Positions 1 through 8,886 of a stretch of DNA of 64,000 nucleotides are shown here, piece by piece. Numbering within the stretch: the first letter of the stretch is position 1; each line of letters begins with the position of its first letter. The position numbers were made by a program, and so were the translations under genes. A model generated the notes under the pieces. It was not told the origin of the DNA. It ran no database searches and saw nothing but the letters and a program-made list of their open reading frames with translations. Location: positions 124,001-188,000 of the IMG/VR virus record IMGVR_UViG_3300031251_000001, one strand, 5' to 3'.

Positions 1-1010
1 GGTTTGTCGGTCGGCTGACCACGAAAGTGTTTGCTGCCGGCGTTGTCTACCCGGACGACGTAGGGGTCAACGACGCAGTGTTCCTGCTTAGAGACCACCG
101 TCGTCAGTGGATCATTGATGTCGTTGGTATAGTCGCCATTTCCACCCGTTTGTCCGAGTCGTACGATGAACGGGGTTGGATTGTCGATGACGTACTTAAA
201 GACACCCCGAGCCACTCGGTCAAGGGTCTTCTCCTTGTGCTTAATCTTGCGATCGAAGATAGATGGGCATGGAATGGACCAATCGATGCACTCGGCAGCC
301 GTGCGGTAAGGCAGGAGACCTGGACCGTGTGTTTTGTCGGGCCAAACGATCGCTTGGCCGTCACGTCGCATGATGATAAACAGGCGACGCCGATTGGTGG
401 GTGCACCGTAATCAGCGGCGTTGAGGATGCGATACTCGATGACATACCCGATGTTCTCCAGTCTTTTCTTCCAACGGTTAAAGGTTTGCCCCATCTTCTT
501 TGGGTTCGGGAACCAGCCCCAGACCATCTTGGTGATTTTCTTCCCGCTCTTGGTCTTCACCTTGGCCTTGACCTTCTTCCGAGTGAGCGGCCCCCAGCCG
601 AGGAACTCACGCACGTTCTCCATGAAGATCATGTCGGGCTTAACCTTCTCGGCCCACTCCGGGATGCACCAGGCCAGGCCACGGATCTTCTTTGAGACGG
701 GCTTGCCGCCCTTGGCGCGGGAGAAGTGACGGCAATCGGGCGAGAACCAGGCCAGGCGTACCGGCTTGCCGTGCGTGACGGCCACCGGATCCAGCGAGCC
801 CAGGTCCTCGCAGTAGTGCAACGTCTCCGGATGGTTGGCGGCGTGCATCCACAGCGCTGAGACATCATGGTTGATGGCGATATCAGGCGGACGCCCGATA
901 CCGGCCTCAATCCCCGTGGACGCCCCACCGCCGCCGGCGAAGTTATCGATGACCAGGTAGTCCCGGTCTTTCAGGTGCTTCGCTGACTTGCGGGTGGGGC
1001 GACGAGACAA
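1..1010 (-). CDS. DNA (cytosine-5)-methyltransferase, phage type (3' end runs off the window)
   Basis: Manual minus-strand translation: YLVIDNFAGGGGAS (motif I), WFSPDCRHFS (catalytic PC-equivalent motif IV), IFMENVREF (motif VI), YGAPTNRRRLF (motif VIII). Missing from the ORF track because there is no stop inside the window. TTG start at 1010 is tentative. Confidence 0.92.
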   Translation of the reverse strand, partial: MSRRPTRKSAKHLKDRDYLVIDNFAGGGGASTGIEAGIGRPPDIAINHDVSALWMHAANHPETLHYCEDLGSLDPVAVTHGKPVRLAWFSPDCRHFSRAKGGKPVSKKIRGLAWCIPEWAEKVKPDMIFMENVREFLGWGPLTRKKVKAKVKTKSGKKITKMVWGWFPNPKKMGQTFNRWKKRLENIGYVIEYRILNAADYGAPTNRRRLFIIMRRDGQAIVWPDKTHGPGLLPYRTAAECIDWSIPCPSIFDRKIKHKEKTLDRVARGVFKYVIDNPTPFIVRLGQTGGNGDYTNDINDPLTTVVSKQEHCVVDPYVVRVDNAGSKHFRGQPTDK

Positions 1011-1023
1011 GGCGTAGCTGAAA

Positions 1024-1503
1024 TCAAGAGGGCTTGCGGGCGGCGAGGTAGTCCTCTTCCGTTGGGTTGTTGTGGGTGACTTGGATGCTGGTGGCGTGCG
1101 TGCCGGGGAGGATGACTTGCGCGACGTTGGCATAGAGGAACTCAGATCCTTGTTCGGGGTTGATGATCCAGTCATCGAGCTTGCCGGTGAAGCCGCACAA
1201 GCGGCACAGTTGTTGAAGAGACTTGGGGTCAATCATGTGGCCGAAGGGCTTGTCGGTCAGCCAGGCCTTGAGGAAGCGAACGTACTGGCCGGTCTTGACC
1301 TGCTGCACGATCAAGGAGATCGCCAGACCGCCAATGTTCATGCGGAACTGGGGACGCATCGGGATGGGCGGTGCTCCCTCGACGGCCTTGAGCTCGATGA
1401 ACTTCGGCAGGGAGATCTTCTCCTTGTGCTGCCGATCGGCGAACTCGATCAAACGAATCCGATCCTCTTCGAGGAGGACCGGACGATGGGTCGTGTCACT
1501 CAT
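1024..1503 (-). CDS. hypothetical protein
   Basis: ORF packed between neighbours; start MSDTT chosen just after the upstream stop. Confidence 0.65.
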   Translation of the reverse strand: MSDTTHRPVLLEEDRIRLIEFADRQHKEKISLPKFIELKAVEGAPPIPMRPQFRMNIGGLAISLIVQQVKTGQYVRFLKAWLTDKPFGHMIDPKSLQQLCRLCGFTGKLDDWIINPEQGSEFLYANVAQVILPGTHATSIQVTHNNPTEEDYLAARKPS

Positions 1504-1505
1504 GA

Positions 1506-2090
1506 TTACCAGGACTTCCTTTGGTAGACGGACAGGCCATTGTTGTTGGTAGCTTGGTGGATCAGATCCCACTCACCCCGCACCGCTGGGTCAGTGAATC
1601 CCAGGTGGATACCGGAAAGCAGGCCCGTCTCACCAGGTGTTTCACCGTTAAGGCCGAACGTGGTCGTGTCATGGAACACGATGTACTTGTTGACCTTGTT
1701 GGCGTGGGTGATGATCTCACGTTCGACAACCGGACCGTCGTGCTTGGTGTCAATGAAGAGCATGTCGCATCGTTGCAGATAAGGCAACTCTTTGGTGGTG
1801 TCAGCGATGGTACAGCCAGGTACGAAATCAGGATGGCAATGCTTCACCAAATTACCAATCACCATTGCACAGGCAGAATTGATGTCGTAACCGACGTACT
1901 TAGCCGGCAACCCCAGTTGTTTTCTGGCGTTTTGACCGGCCACCAGGGCAACAGTTGAGACGCCAGCTCTGATACCGAACTCCGCGACCCCTTCACAGCT
2001 GAAGGAGAGGGCATAGAGGAGAGGGAGGTGCTCGTTGATGTCAGATGGCTCGGAGCACTTCACAGCGAAAAGGACAGAGATGGGTATCAT
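1506..2090 (-). CDS. class I SAM-dependent methyltransferase (Methyltransf_24-like)
   Basis: SDINEHLPLL, VAEFGIRAGVST (motif I), DMLFIDTKH, YIVFHDT. Confidence 0.75.
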   Translation of the reverse strand: MIPISVLFAVKCSEPSDINEHLPLLYALSFSCEGVAEFGIRAGVSTVALVAGQNARKQLGLPAKYVGYDINSACAMVIGNLVKHCHPDFVPGCTIADTTKELPYLQRCDMLFIDTKHDGPVVEREIITHANKVNKYIVFHDTTTFGLNGETPGETGLLSGIHLGFTDPAVRGEWDLIHQATNNNGLSVYQRKSW

Positions 2091-2806
2091 AGCTCGCCGT
2101 TCTCCAGTTTGGTTTGTTGGGCTTCAACATAGTTGTCATGGTCTTCTTCGCGGTCAGCAAGATGCCGATCCACGATCGAGCAGATGGAGGCATGAACAGC
2201 CTGCATCGGCATATTGGCGTCGACGCGGGCCACGTCACCGTACATGGCGAAAGCCGAACTAATCGACGCTTCGTAACCGGCCCGCACACGCTTGCGGAAG
2301 TCGGCACCAGCGTCGTCGAAGTGGTTACCTTCTCCCTTACTACGTGTCATCAGTCTCGACTTGATCGTCTCCTCGCTGACGTCCAGATAGATCGTCAGCG
2401 TCGGGTAGAGCCCGTAGCAGGCGACATCAATAGCCTTGCGAACACGCAGGTGATCGATGCCACGTCCCATCTGCTGGTAGGCGAGCGTGGAGTGGATGAA
2501 GCGGTCCGAGATAACAACGGTCTTGGGGTTCTTCTTGATCTCGCTGCGGATATGATCCACCAGGGAAGCACGAGCAGCGGCAAAGAGCAGGAGCTCGGTG
2601 GCCGGCGACATGTGTTCCTTGTTGTCCGGATGGAAGAGGATCTCGCGAACCTTCTTGGCCACGGTCGTCGTACCAGGATCGGCGACGGTGATCACATGCT
2701 TCTTGTCTGTCAGAACCAGATGCTTCTCCAGAGCGGCGACCTGGGTAGACTTGCCCGCCGCGTCGAGACCTTCGAGCGCGATAAATGCTGCAGGATAAAA
2801 TAACAC
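2087..2806 (-). CDS. tmk: thymidylate (dTMP) kinase
   Basis: FIALEGLDAAGKST P-loop, ELLLFAAARA, VISDRFIHSTLAYQ, PTLTIYLDV; GTG start at 2806 follows GGAG. Confidence 0.95.
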   Translation of the reverse strand: MLFYPAAFIALEGLDAAGKSTQVAALEKHLVLTDKKHVITVADPGTTTVAKKVREILFHPDNKEHMSPATELLLFAAARASLVDHIRSEIKKNPKTVVISDRFIHSTLAYQQMGRGIDHLRVRKAIDVACYGLYPTLTIYLDVSEETIKSRLMTRSKGEGNHFDDAGADFRKRVRAGYEASISSAFAMYGDVARVDANMPMQAVHASICSIVDRHLADREEDHDNYVEAQQTKLENGEL

Positions 2807-2816
2807 GATAGCTCCA

Positions 2817-3179
2817 TTAGTCAGGACGTTTGAGAGAGTAGAGGATACCGTCCGCCAGGTCGACGGCACGTTCATCATCCGAGGCATAGAGACGGCGAAG
2901 AAGAGTGGGCAAGCTCTTCTCGCTGATAGTGCAGTGCAGCTTCCCCAGCACCCATTCGTACTTGTCCCCCAGATCAGGACAGAAGCACGCTTCCAGGTGC
3001 GAGTCGATGCCCTGGTTCACGGCGGTGGTGACAGTGAGGGCGTCGGGACGGTTGAGCTGCATGGTGAAGGGTTCACCCTTCATGAGCTCACGGATAGTGG
3101 TGTAAGACACCTCCGACATATCCGAGGTCACGAGGACGACTGGCTCATCCGTCTTAGCTTTCTTTCGTTTCGTTGCCAT
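2817..3179 (-). CDS. hypothetical protein
   Basis: 120-aa ORF with GGAG-like RBS and Lys-rich N-terminus, in operon-like packing. Confidence 0.7.
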   Translation of the reverse strand: MATKRKKAKTDEPVVLVTSDMSEVSYTTIRELMKGEPFTMQLNRPDALTVTTAVNQGIDSHLEACFCPDLGDKYEWVLGKLHCTISEKSLPTLLRRLYASDDERAVDLADGILYSLKRPD

Positions 3180-3681
3180 AGGCGGATCTCCTTTTAGCTA
3201 GAAGTAACTCAGCGTGGTGTTCTAGTATGTGCTCAGCTCTGGTCTGGAGTTCCAGGTTTCGCACACCGTCGCTAAGCGTGTTGCGATTTTTATGGTGGAC
3301 AACAAATCCCTTGGGTATGGGACCGTTCTTTTTCTTCCAGTTAACCACCGCTCTAAGTTCCCATTTATTTGGTTCGGCGACCTTGATCCATGCTCTGGGT
3401 CTGAAGTGATCGTTCTTACGCCGTCTGATCTTCACCGTCCCAATGGCTGCCTTGTTGACTGGAACGCTGCCTTTCTTGAATTGACTGTAAGGTGATAGGT
3501 GAATGCCTTTTTTATCACGGTTCCATGGTTTATGTTTAACCGGAAAACCGCCAGGCGGCATCCTCCCTTTTCTCCACTTCCAGCAACACTGAACGCAACA
3601 GAAGAGGCCACCTGGTACAGCTATGCGCTTACATCCTTTTCTCTTGCATTTTTTAATTGGCCTCGTTCTTGGCGGAGCCAT
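3154..3681 (-). CDS. HNH homing endonuclease (HNH_3-like)
   Basis: GFVVHHKNRNTLSDGVRNLELQTRAEH; basic N-terminal DNA-binding region with Cys cluster. Confidence 0.8.
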   Translation of the reverse strand: MAPPRTRPIKKCKRKGCKRIAVPGGLFCCVQCCWKWRKGRMPPGGFPVKHKPWNRDKKGIHLSPYSQFKKGSVPVNKAAIGTVKIRRRKNDHFRPRAWIKVAEPNKWELRAVVNWKKKNGPIPKGFVVHHKNRNTLSDGVRNLELQTRAEHILEHHAELLLAKRRSAYGNETKES

Positions 3682-4712
3682 ATTTGTCCCTCCTTTACGT
3701 ATCCAGGATTAAGCTCTATGCCGATAGCGTGACAATTTGATCGCAATGCGGCGACCAGAGTAGTACAACTTCCCGCAAACGTGTCCAGTACCGTGGGACG
3801 ATCGATCGCGGTCGTCTTGCAGCTGCACGACTTTGTCCAGCCCGCAGTGTCGTAACACAATACCAGTTGACCATCGATCTGTCTCTTGTTTTTCTCGATG
3901 ATGCGGGTGTACTGGGTTCCGCAGCGCCCGCAACAGCCGTGCTGAGACACGGCGGCAGACAAGATCTTCATCGGCAAGTTAAGCGTAAAGCGGGCGTGGT
4001 GTGTCGTCTTGGGTGGTAGGGCCTTGGGTGATTTGTTGATCGGCACTGTCCACACTGTCCGCAGGCGCCGGCAACTCGTCGCCATGTTCATCGACTCGTG
4101 CAGGCGGGCATTGCCGCGTACCAGCATCTCGCGGTGATCCAGGGCCTTGGGGTTGGACTTCCGCAGCCGGCACTTGAGAGTCGAGGCTTCCGCTGAGCCG
4201 ATAGCATCGTAGAAGTAGTCATCGGTCTTGGTGAGCATGAACAACGTCTGGTGAGCCGTCGTCGGTCGGGCCACGTTACCGGAGGCGACGGCCGTGGGGT
4301 TGTAGACGATGATCTCGGAGCGAATGGTCCAGCCCTGCTTCAGGGCACCCAGGGCGATCCGCCACGGCATCCCCAGGAGGGATTGTCGCGGGAGACCAGT
4401 GATGCGGTTCCCCTGCTGTTGAGTGATGTCCTTGGAGAACTTGGTGTCATCGGTATACGTATCGCCGATGCACAACCATAAGGTGCCATCCGGACGTAAC
4501 ACTCGCCAACAGTCTCCTAGGAACCGCATCATGGCTCCCACATGGGATTCCAAACAATCTTCTTGCCCTATCTCCTTGCTGGCGTGCTTGCCGTGACTGT
4601 AACGGCGGAGCCCCCAGTAGGGCGGCGACGTGATCAAAACGTGAATCGAATTGCTCTTGATCTTCTGGAGTTGATCAAAGACGTTACCCACGAGGAGTTG
4701 GTGAGTCAGCAT
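3621..4712 (-). CDS. DNA N4-cytosine/N6-adenine methyltransferase, beta class
   Basis: LITSPPYWGLR catalytic motif near the N-terminus; VLDTFAGSCTT SAM-binding motif and IGIELNPGY near the C-terminus; internal CxxC insert. Start moved to 4712 because the longer ORF start lies inside a terminator. Confidence 0.92.
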   Translation of the reverse strand: MLTHQLLVGNVFDQLQKIKSNSIHVLITSPPYWGLRRYSHGKHASKEIGQEDCLESHVGAMMRFLGDCWRVLRPDGTLWLCIGDTYTDDTKFSKDITQQQGNRITGLPRQSLLGMPWRIALGALKQGWTIRSEIIVYNPTAVASGNVARPTTAHQTLFMLTKTDDYFYDAIGSAEASTLKCRLRKSNPKALDHREMLVRGNARLHESMNMATSCRRLRTVWTVPINKSPKALPPKTTHHARFTLNLPMKILSAAVSQHGCCGRCGTQYTRIIEKNKRQIDGQLVLCYDTAGWTKSCSCKTTAIDRPTVLDTFAGSCTTLVAALRSNCHAIGIELNPGYVKEGQIWLRQERGQLKNAREKDVSA

Positions 4713-4726
4713 CAATTCCCTCAATG

Positions 4727-4754
4727 AAAAAACCCATGTCATGTGACATGGGTT
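4727..4754 (-). terminator. Rho-independent terminator
   Basis: 10-bp stem AACCCATGTC-acat-GACATGGGTT followed by a T run on the minus strand. Confidence 0.75.
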
Positions 4755-4777
4755 GTGGTGTATGAGTTGCTACCAGG

Positions 4778-5035
4778 TCAGTCTATAGGCCTGTGCCAGT
4801 AGACCGCCCAGATCGCTCGGGACGGAACCGCGACGCGTTGAACCGTCAACACGCCTCGGCGAATCAGTGTGCTGACATGCTCGGCGAAGCGTCGTCGCTT
4901 CGTGTTCGCCGCCAGTTCTTCAAGAGACTTGGTCAACCGTACGGCCCCTCCTGGACCGAGACGAACCATCTCTTTGCCAATCGCCAGCGATACGTTGTAC
5001 CGGCTGCGGTTGGTCAAAAGGTACTCGATGTGCAA
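4778..5035 (-). CDS. hypothetical protein
   Basis: 85-aa ORF adjacent to the upstream gene, ending before the terminator. Confidence 0.55.
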   Translation of the reverse strand: MHIEYLLTNRSRYNVSLAIGKEMVRLGPGGAVRLTKSLEELAANTKRRRFAEHVSTLIRRGVLTVQRVAVPSRAIWAVYWHRPID

Positions 5036-5036
5036 T

Positions 5037-6110
5037 TTAGTGATATCCCTGACCTGTCATGGTAGGTCGATTAGCATAGCGGTCCCAGGTGGCTTGCATC
5101 CACTTGGCCGGAGCCGATTGAGTAGGATGACGCATCCAGTCCGGTGACATGTCAACAGCGATGCGTCCGTCGCTGTTGAGGAGCCCACGGCTCCGCAGTC
5201 CTCCAGTGATGCGATCCACGATACCGGGTCCAGCTTGGGCGACCTGGTTATGGAGGAAGTCGTTGCCCTGTTCTTTGGCCCAGTCAGCCAGCTCGGGCAG
5301 TCGTTGGTTGAGGTGGTCGTCGATCTGACCGCGGATGTTTTGTCCAACGGTGTCAGCGGCGGAGTTCAAGCCTTTCGTGGCCAGGTCGCCGGCAACACCG
5401 TAGGCTCCGGCGGCGAGGGGGACAGCGCCAGCGGCCATACCCAGGTTGTGGGCCATGCGTTGACCGCCGGGAGCCGGCTTGGCACCCAGGGCGTTGGTCA
5501 TCGGGGTGGCGACCTTGTTACCCAGCGGCGAGTAGCCCTGATTCGACTTGCCTGCCAGGCGACGGGCACCCTGGTATATCTTGTCGCCGACCGCCGCAAA
5601 AGGTCGTTGAGCTCCGGTCATAAACTCATTAGCGGCTTGGGGGACGGCCCTGGAGACCTGACGGACGGCATTCGGGGCGATCCGGCGGGCTGCACCCAGG
5701 CCCAGACCACCCGCAGCTGCCATGCCCGACAGATTGGTGTCGTAACCCGCTGCACGGGCCGCTGTGTCGGCCACCTCGCCCGCAGAACCCCCGATCAGGG
5801 CATTTCTGACCATCGGGGCCGCTACGTGGGCAGCGGCGTTACCACGCATCCTGGTGCCCGACAGGCCGTACATGCCGCCCAGAGCTGCTCCGCCTGCCAT
5901 TCCGGCAACAGAGCCACCTTCTGTGCCGGTAGCACGGGCACCCTGATCTGACCCCAGGAAGCCACCAGCCACGGCCCCAGCCGCCCGATCGAGCGTTCCG
6001 GGACGAGTGACCGCTTTACCGATGGCCCGCCCTGCGGTGCCTCCCATCATGCGACCGAGGAAGGTGCCGAAGCCGGCTTGTTTACGAAGGCGTTGTAGTA
6101 TTGTGGTCAT
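5037..6110 (-). CDS. Gly/Ala-rich protein with glycine-zipper-like segments, possibly virion-associated
   Basis: 357-aa ORF; repeated GAVAGGFLG / AGGAALGG / AAGGLGLG segments. Confidence 0.6.
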   Translation of the reverse strand: MTTILQRLRKQAGFGTFLGRMMGGTAGRAIGKAVTRPGTLDRAAGAVAGGFLGSDQGARATGTEGGSVAGMAGGAALGGMYGLSGTRMRGNAAAHVAAPMVRNALIGGSAGEVADTAARAAGYDTNLSGMAAAGGLGLGAARRIAPNAVRQVSRAVPQAANEFMTGAQRPFAAVGDKIYQGARRLAGKSNQGYSPLGNKVATPMTNALGAKPAPGGQRMAHNLGMAAGAVPLAAGAYGVAGDLATKGLNSAADTVGQNIRGQIDDHLNQRLPELADWAKEQGNDFLHNQVAQAGPGIVDRITGGLRSRGLLNSDGRIAVDMSPDWMRHPTQSAPAKWMQATWDRYANRPTMTGQGYH

Positions 6111-6134
6111 GGCCTAATTGTACCTCGTCGCAGA

Positions 6135-6467
6135 TCAGAACGGTACCTGAGCTAGTTCCTTCTTGCGTCGTTCGCGAGCTGCCTTACGTCTGGCCTGCAG
6201 CTGGTAGTATTTCTCGTCTTCGTGGCCCTTGGAGCCGTTACAGACCTTGCAGAGAAGCTGGACGTTCTTCTTGGCGTGCTGGCGATAGTAAAAGGTGATT
6301 CGTTGATCCGATGACATCTTCCGGTGGTGTTTATTACCTCGCGGCTTGATCACATCGATTTCGATCTTCTCCGTCGTCCCACACCGCTTGCACTTACTAC
6401 CCAGGATCGCGACCAGCTCCGCCCGTCTCACCTGCGCCCGTCTGCGGTCCTGCTTCGACATTCGCAC
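6135..6467 (-). CDS. HNH-like endonuclease (first catalytic His apparently replaced)
   Basis: CKRCG..EIDVIKP...NVQLLCKVCNGSKG; the canonical DHI reads DVI (gat gtg atc). Confidence 0.7.
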   Translation of the reverse strand: MRMSKQDRRRAQVRRAELVAILGSKCKRCGTTEKIEIDVIKPRGNKHHRKMSSDQRITFYYRQHAKKNVQLLCKVCNGSKGHEDEKYYQLQARRKAARERRKKELAQVPF

Positions 6468-6588
6468 CCCATTCTGGTAAACCCAACACCGAAAGTGACT
6501 TCGTGTCAGAAACAGATTGCGACGCCACCGGCTCCAAGCCGGCAGCTTCTACCATCAAGTCGAACGTCATGACCGGTCTCCGCTCTGG

Positions 6589-7374
6589 TTAGGGAGGACT
6601 TAGGAAAGTGATGATGATCTTGGGAGGTCCGCCTTGTCCACCGACTGCACCATTGACCGCCGCAGCACCGCCACCGCCGTTGCCCCAGTTAATCCCGTCG
6701 CCGCCGTTACCGCCGTTGGCTGCTGGATTACCTCGCACGCCACCGCTGTCGCTGACTCCATCTGCCGAATCGGTGGCTCCGCCGCCGCCTCGACCACCAA
6801 AACTGGTGAGGCTGACAAACGATCCGGATGCTCCCGTGAACCCAGAATCCGCGTTGGCGAAACCGCCGCCGGAACCAAGTGTTCCTGGTGTTCCCTGCGT
6901 CCCGGCAACTGCCGTTACTGGGTCAAAAGGATCGTTAGGATCGGGGAACGTCGTATCAGTTCCCATTTCGCAGACCACATCGTAATCGGTGTCTTGTGTC
7001 AGCACTAAGGTACGCATAGCGTAACCGCCGCCGCCGCCACCGCCGCCTGGGACACCAGGGAAGTTAACACCATCATAGTCGCCACCCGGCGCACCTGGTC
7101 CCCATAGTTCAATGGTGGCAAATCCATCCTGCGGACTGGTCCATGTTCCCGTCTCGCTAATCGTTGCAGGACGCGAAGTATCAAGCACGGGTGCAATATC
7201 ACCGTCGCCACCTGCTGTGGTGGTCGTGGATGAAGTAGAGGTAGTTGTTGTGGTGGTTGTCGTCGTGGTGGTTGTCGTCGTGGTGGTTGTCGTTGTGGTC
7301 GTGGTGGTCGTAGAACCACTGATCGTCGTAGACACACGATGCCGCCCCATGCCCATTCCCATTCGCGGAGACAT
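6589..7374 (-). CDS. glycine-rich-domain protein with poly-Thr linker, probable virion/tail decoration protein
   Basis: long Thr run followed by ATIELWGPGAPGG...GGGGGGGGY and a C-terminal GGQGG..KIIITF, typical of phage glycine-rich domains. Confidence 0.6.
   Translation of the reverse strand: MSPRMGMGMGRHRVSTTISGSTTTTTTTTTTTTTTTTTTTTTTTTSTSSTTTTAGGDGDIAPVLDTSRPATISETGTWTSPQDGFATIELWGPGAPGGDYDGVNFPGVPGGGGGGGGYAMRTLVLTQDTDYDVVCEMGTDTTFPDPNDPFDPVTAVAGTQGTPGTLGSGGGFANADSGFTGASGSFVSLTSFGGRGGGGATDSADGVSDSGGVRGNPAANGGNGGDGINWGNGGGGAAAVNGAVGGQGGPPKIIITFLSPP
7250..7310. repeat. coding tandem repeat (GTGGTGGTTGTCGTC-type units) encoding poly-Thr
   Basis: about three near-perfect 15-nt units plus degenerate flanks, inside 6589..7374. 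Confidence 0.85.
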
Positions 7375-7640
7375 TACTCAGCTCCGAAAAGGACGTTAGA
7401 AGTGGTGACGATTGTGACGGCGGTGAAGTAACCGTCCAGATAACCCCAGGGGCCGATGGGGATAGCCACTGGTGTATCGTTACCGACCATCTTGACCGTA
7501 GCGGTCACTGAGGAGCCGCTGGCGTTATAAAGTTGTCGACAAAGAAAAGGAAGTGGGTCAGGAGCAGCAACAATGGCATGCCAGGCGCTGGGAATTGTAA
7601 TATCCCCGAGTGTACCCTTTTTGAAGTTTCCGGCTTTCAT
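7374..7640 (-). CDS. hypothetical protein (small beta-rich, probably virion)
   Basis: 88-aa ORF abutting the downstream gene. Confidence 0.65.
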   Translation of the reverse strand: MKAGNFKKGTLGDITIPSAWHAIVAAPDPLPFLCRQLYNASGSSVTATVKMVGNDTPVAIPIGPWGYLDGYFTAVTIVTTSNVLFGAE

Positions 7641-7669
7641 GCTGAGTCCCTTCCAAGCGAGATGACAAG

Positions 7670-7696
7670 AGGGGCCAGCACTGAGTGCTGACCCCT
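7670..7696 (-). terminator. intergenic stem-loop, probable terminator
   Basis: AGGGGTCAGCAC-tca-GTGCTGGCCCCT (minus strand), just after the stop of 7717..8277. Confidence 0.55.
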
Positions 7697-7716
7697 TTCA
7701 TTATTGCCGTAAGAGA

Positions 7717-8277
7717 CTAGCCACCGCAACAACTACCGCCCTTGCACTTACCGCCACCGCCGCCGTGGAGAATGCGACTGATGAAGCCACCACCGCCGCC
7801 GCGTCGTGATTCGCGATAATCACCTTGCGTCTGCATGGCTGCTTGCGAGCAACTTCCGTTGGTACAAGTACCACTGGTTGTTGGAGCATTGGTAGTAATC
7901 GTGGGGTTGGACATCGTCACCGTTTTCGTTGCCGGTGCTACGCTACACGTTCCATTGGCACACGTCCCCGTGGAGCATGTTCCGTTGGCACAGGTACCTC
8001 CTGCTGTGGTAGCGGTAGAGCAAGAACCGTTGGCACAAGTGCCGCCGGATCGATTGCGGTGACTGATCGCGATAGCGTCGCCTTTGAGGTCTTCTGCGTT
8101 GATCGAGTAGGCTTCTTTGAGATTGTCCTTGGCTTCACACTTGCATGTGTCCTTGCACAGTCCCATCACCTGACAGTATTCATCGCAGGGGCAATTCTTC
8201 TTGTCTTCGGCCCTGACTTCACTGGCAACAAAGAGACTGAGTACCAGTCCCAACATCATTCCTAGCATGAGCTTCAT
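7717..8277 (-). CDS. secreted Cys-rich repeat protein
   Basis: signal peptide MKLMLGMMLGLVLSLFVASEVRA; four GTC(A/T)NG(S/T)CS repeats; GKCKGGSCCGG tail. Confidence 0.8.
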   Translation of the reverse strand: MKLMLGMMLGLVLSLFVASEVRAEDKKNCPCDEYCQVMGLCKDTCKCEAKDNLKEAYSINAEDLKGDAIAISHRNRSGGTCANGSCSTATTAGGTCANGTCSTGTCANGTCSVAPATKTVTMSNPTITTNAPTTSGTCTNGSCSQAAMQTQGDYRESRRGGGGGFISRILHGGGGGKCKGGSCCGG

Positions 8278-8338
8278 GGCTCTTCCTCCGTGAGGGGTTT
8301 CGTTTCTTACCTTCTGGTCAGTTCTTCTCCATCATACC

Positions 8339-8848
8339 TTAGAGGGTGACGGGCTGACCAGGAGTAACAGCCGGATTAGCGGGCGTTACGGGGGTGGTTG
8401 GTGTAGTGGGCTTGACCACGGTCAGCAGCTGCTGAATGACCGTGATGACTTCCTGGATGGTGGGCAGGAGCTGCAGGATCGACACCAGGAGACCTGGGAA
8501 GTCGAAGCCCTGGACACCAGCTGCTGTCGCGGCCTTCTGAAGTTCGGCTTCCACGAAAGCACGATCATGCTCAGCAGGCAGGAACCCGAAGACGGGTGCT
8601 CCATTGGCGTGCATGCCGGGGATGTCCATAAAGCGGATCGGCTGACCAGAGACAGCGGGTGACTGTGCTGTCAGGGTCGCCTGGAGCTTGTCGATCGCGT
8701 TCCCGATGATGCCGGGGAACACCTTGTCGTCCCATTCCAGCGGGGTGACCCAGGCGGTGGTAAAGACGCCGACCGTGCCCAATGTGCTGCTCTTCAGCGT
8801 GGGCCAATCGATCTTCTCCACATGGAACTCGCCAACGAGACTCAACAT
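8339..8848 (-). CDS. hypothetical protein with hydrophobic C-terminal helix and Pro/Thr tail
   Basis: 169-aa ORF with GGAGG RBS; FPGLLVSILQLLPTIQEVITVIQQLL. Confidence 0.7.
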   Translation of the reverse strand: MLSLVGEFHVEKIDWPTLKSSTLGTVGVFTTAWVTPLEWDDKVFPGIIGNAIDKLQATLTAQSPAVSGQPIRFMDIPGMHANGAPVFGFLPAEHDRAFVEAELQKAATAAGVQGFDFPGLLVSILQLLPTIQEVITVIQQLLTVVKPTTPTTPVTPANPAVTPGQPVTL

Positions 8849-8886
8849 GACCTATCCTCCCTAATGACTACCTTCCTCATCGCGGG

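Noticed and set aside
3621-4742. Track start of the amino-MTase at 4742 (MTWVFSLRE...)
   Set aside because: That ATG lies within a terminator stem; the ATG at 4712 follows a GAGGG RBS and gives the typical N-terminus
6468-6588. Non-coding stretch upstream of the HNH-like gene as a group I intron or tRNA
   Set aside because: No split gene on either side, no recognisable P7/catalytic core, no cloverleaf
7250-7310. Short tandem repeats as a possible CRISPR array or VNTR element
   Set aside because: No spacers; the repeats are in-frame codons of a poly-Thr linker. No CRISPR array or cas gene was seen anywhere in the window.
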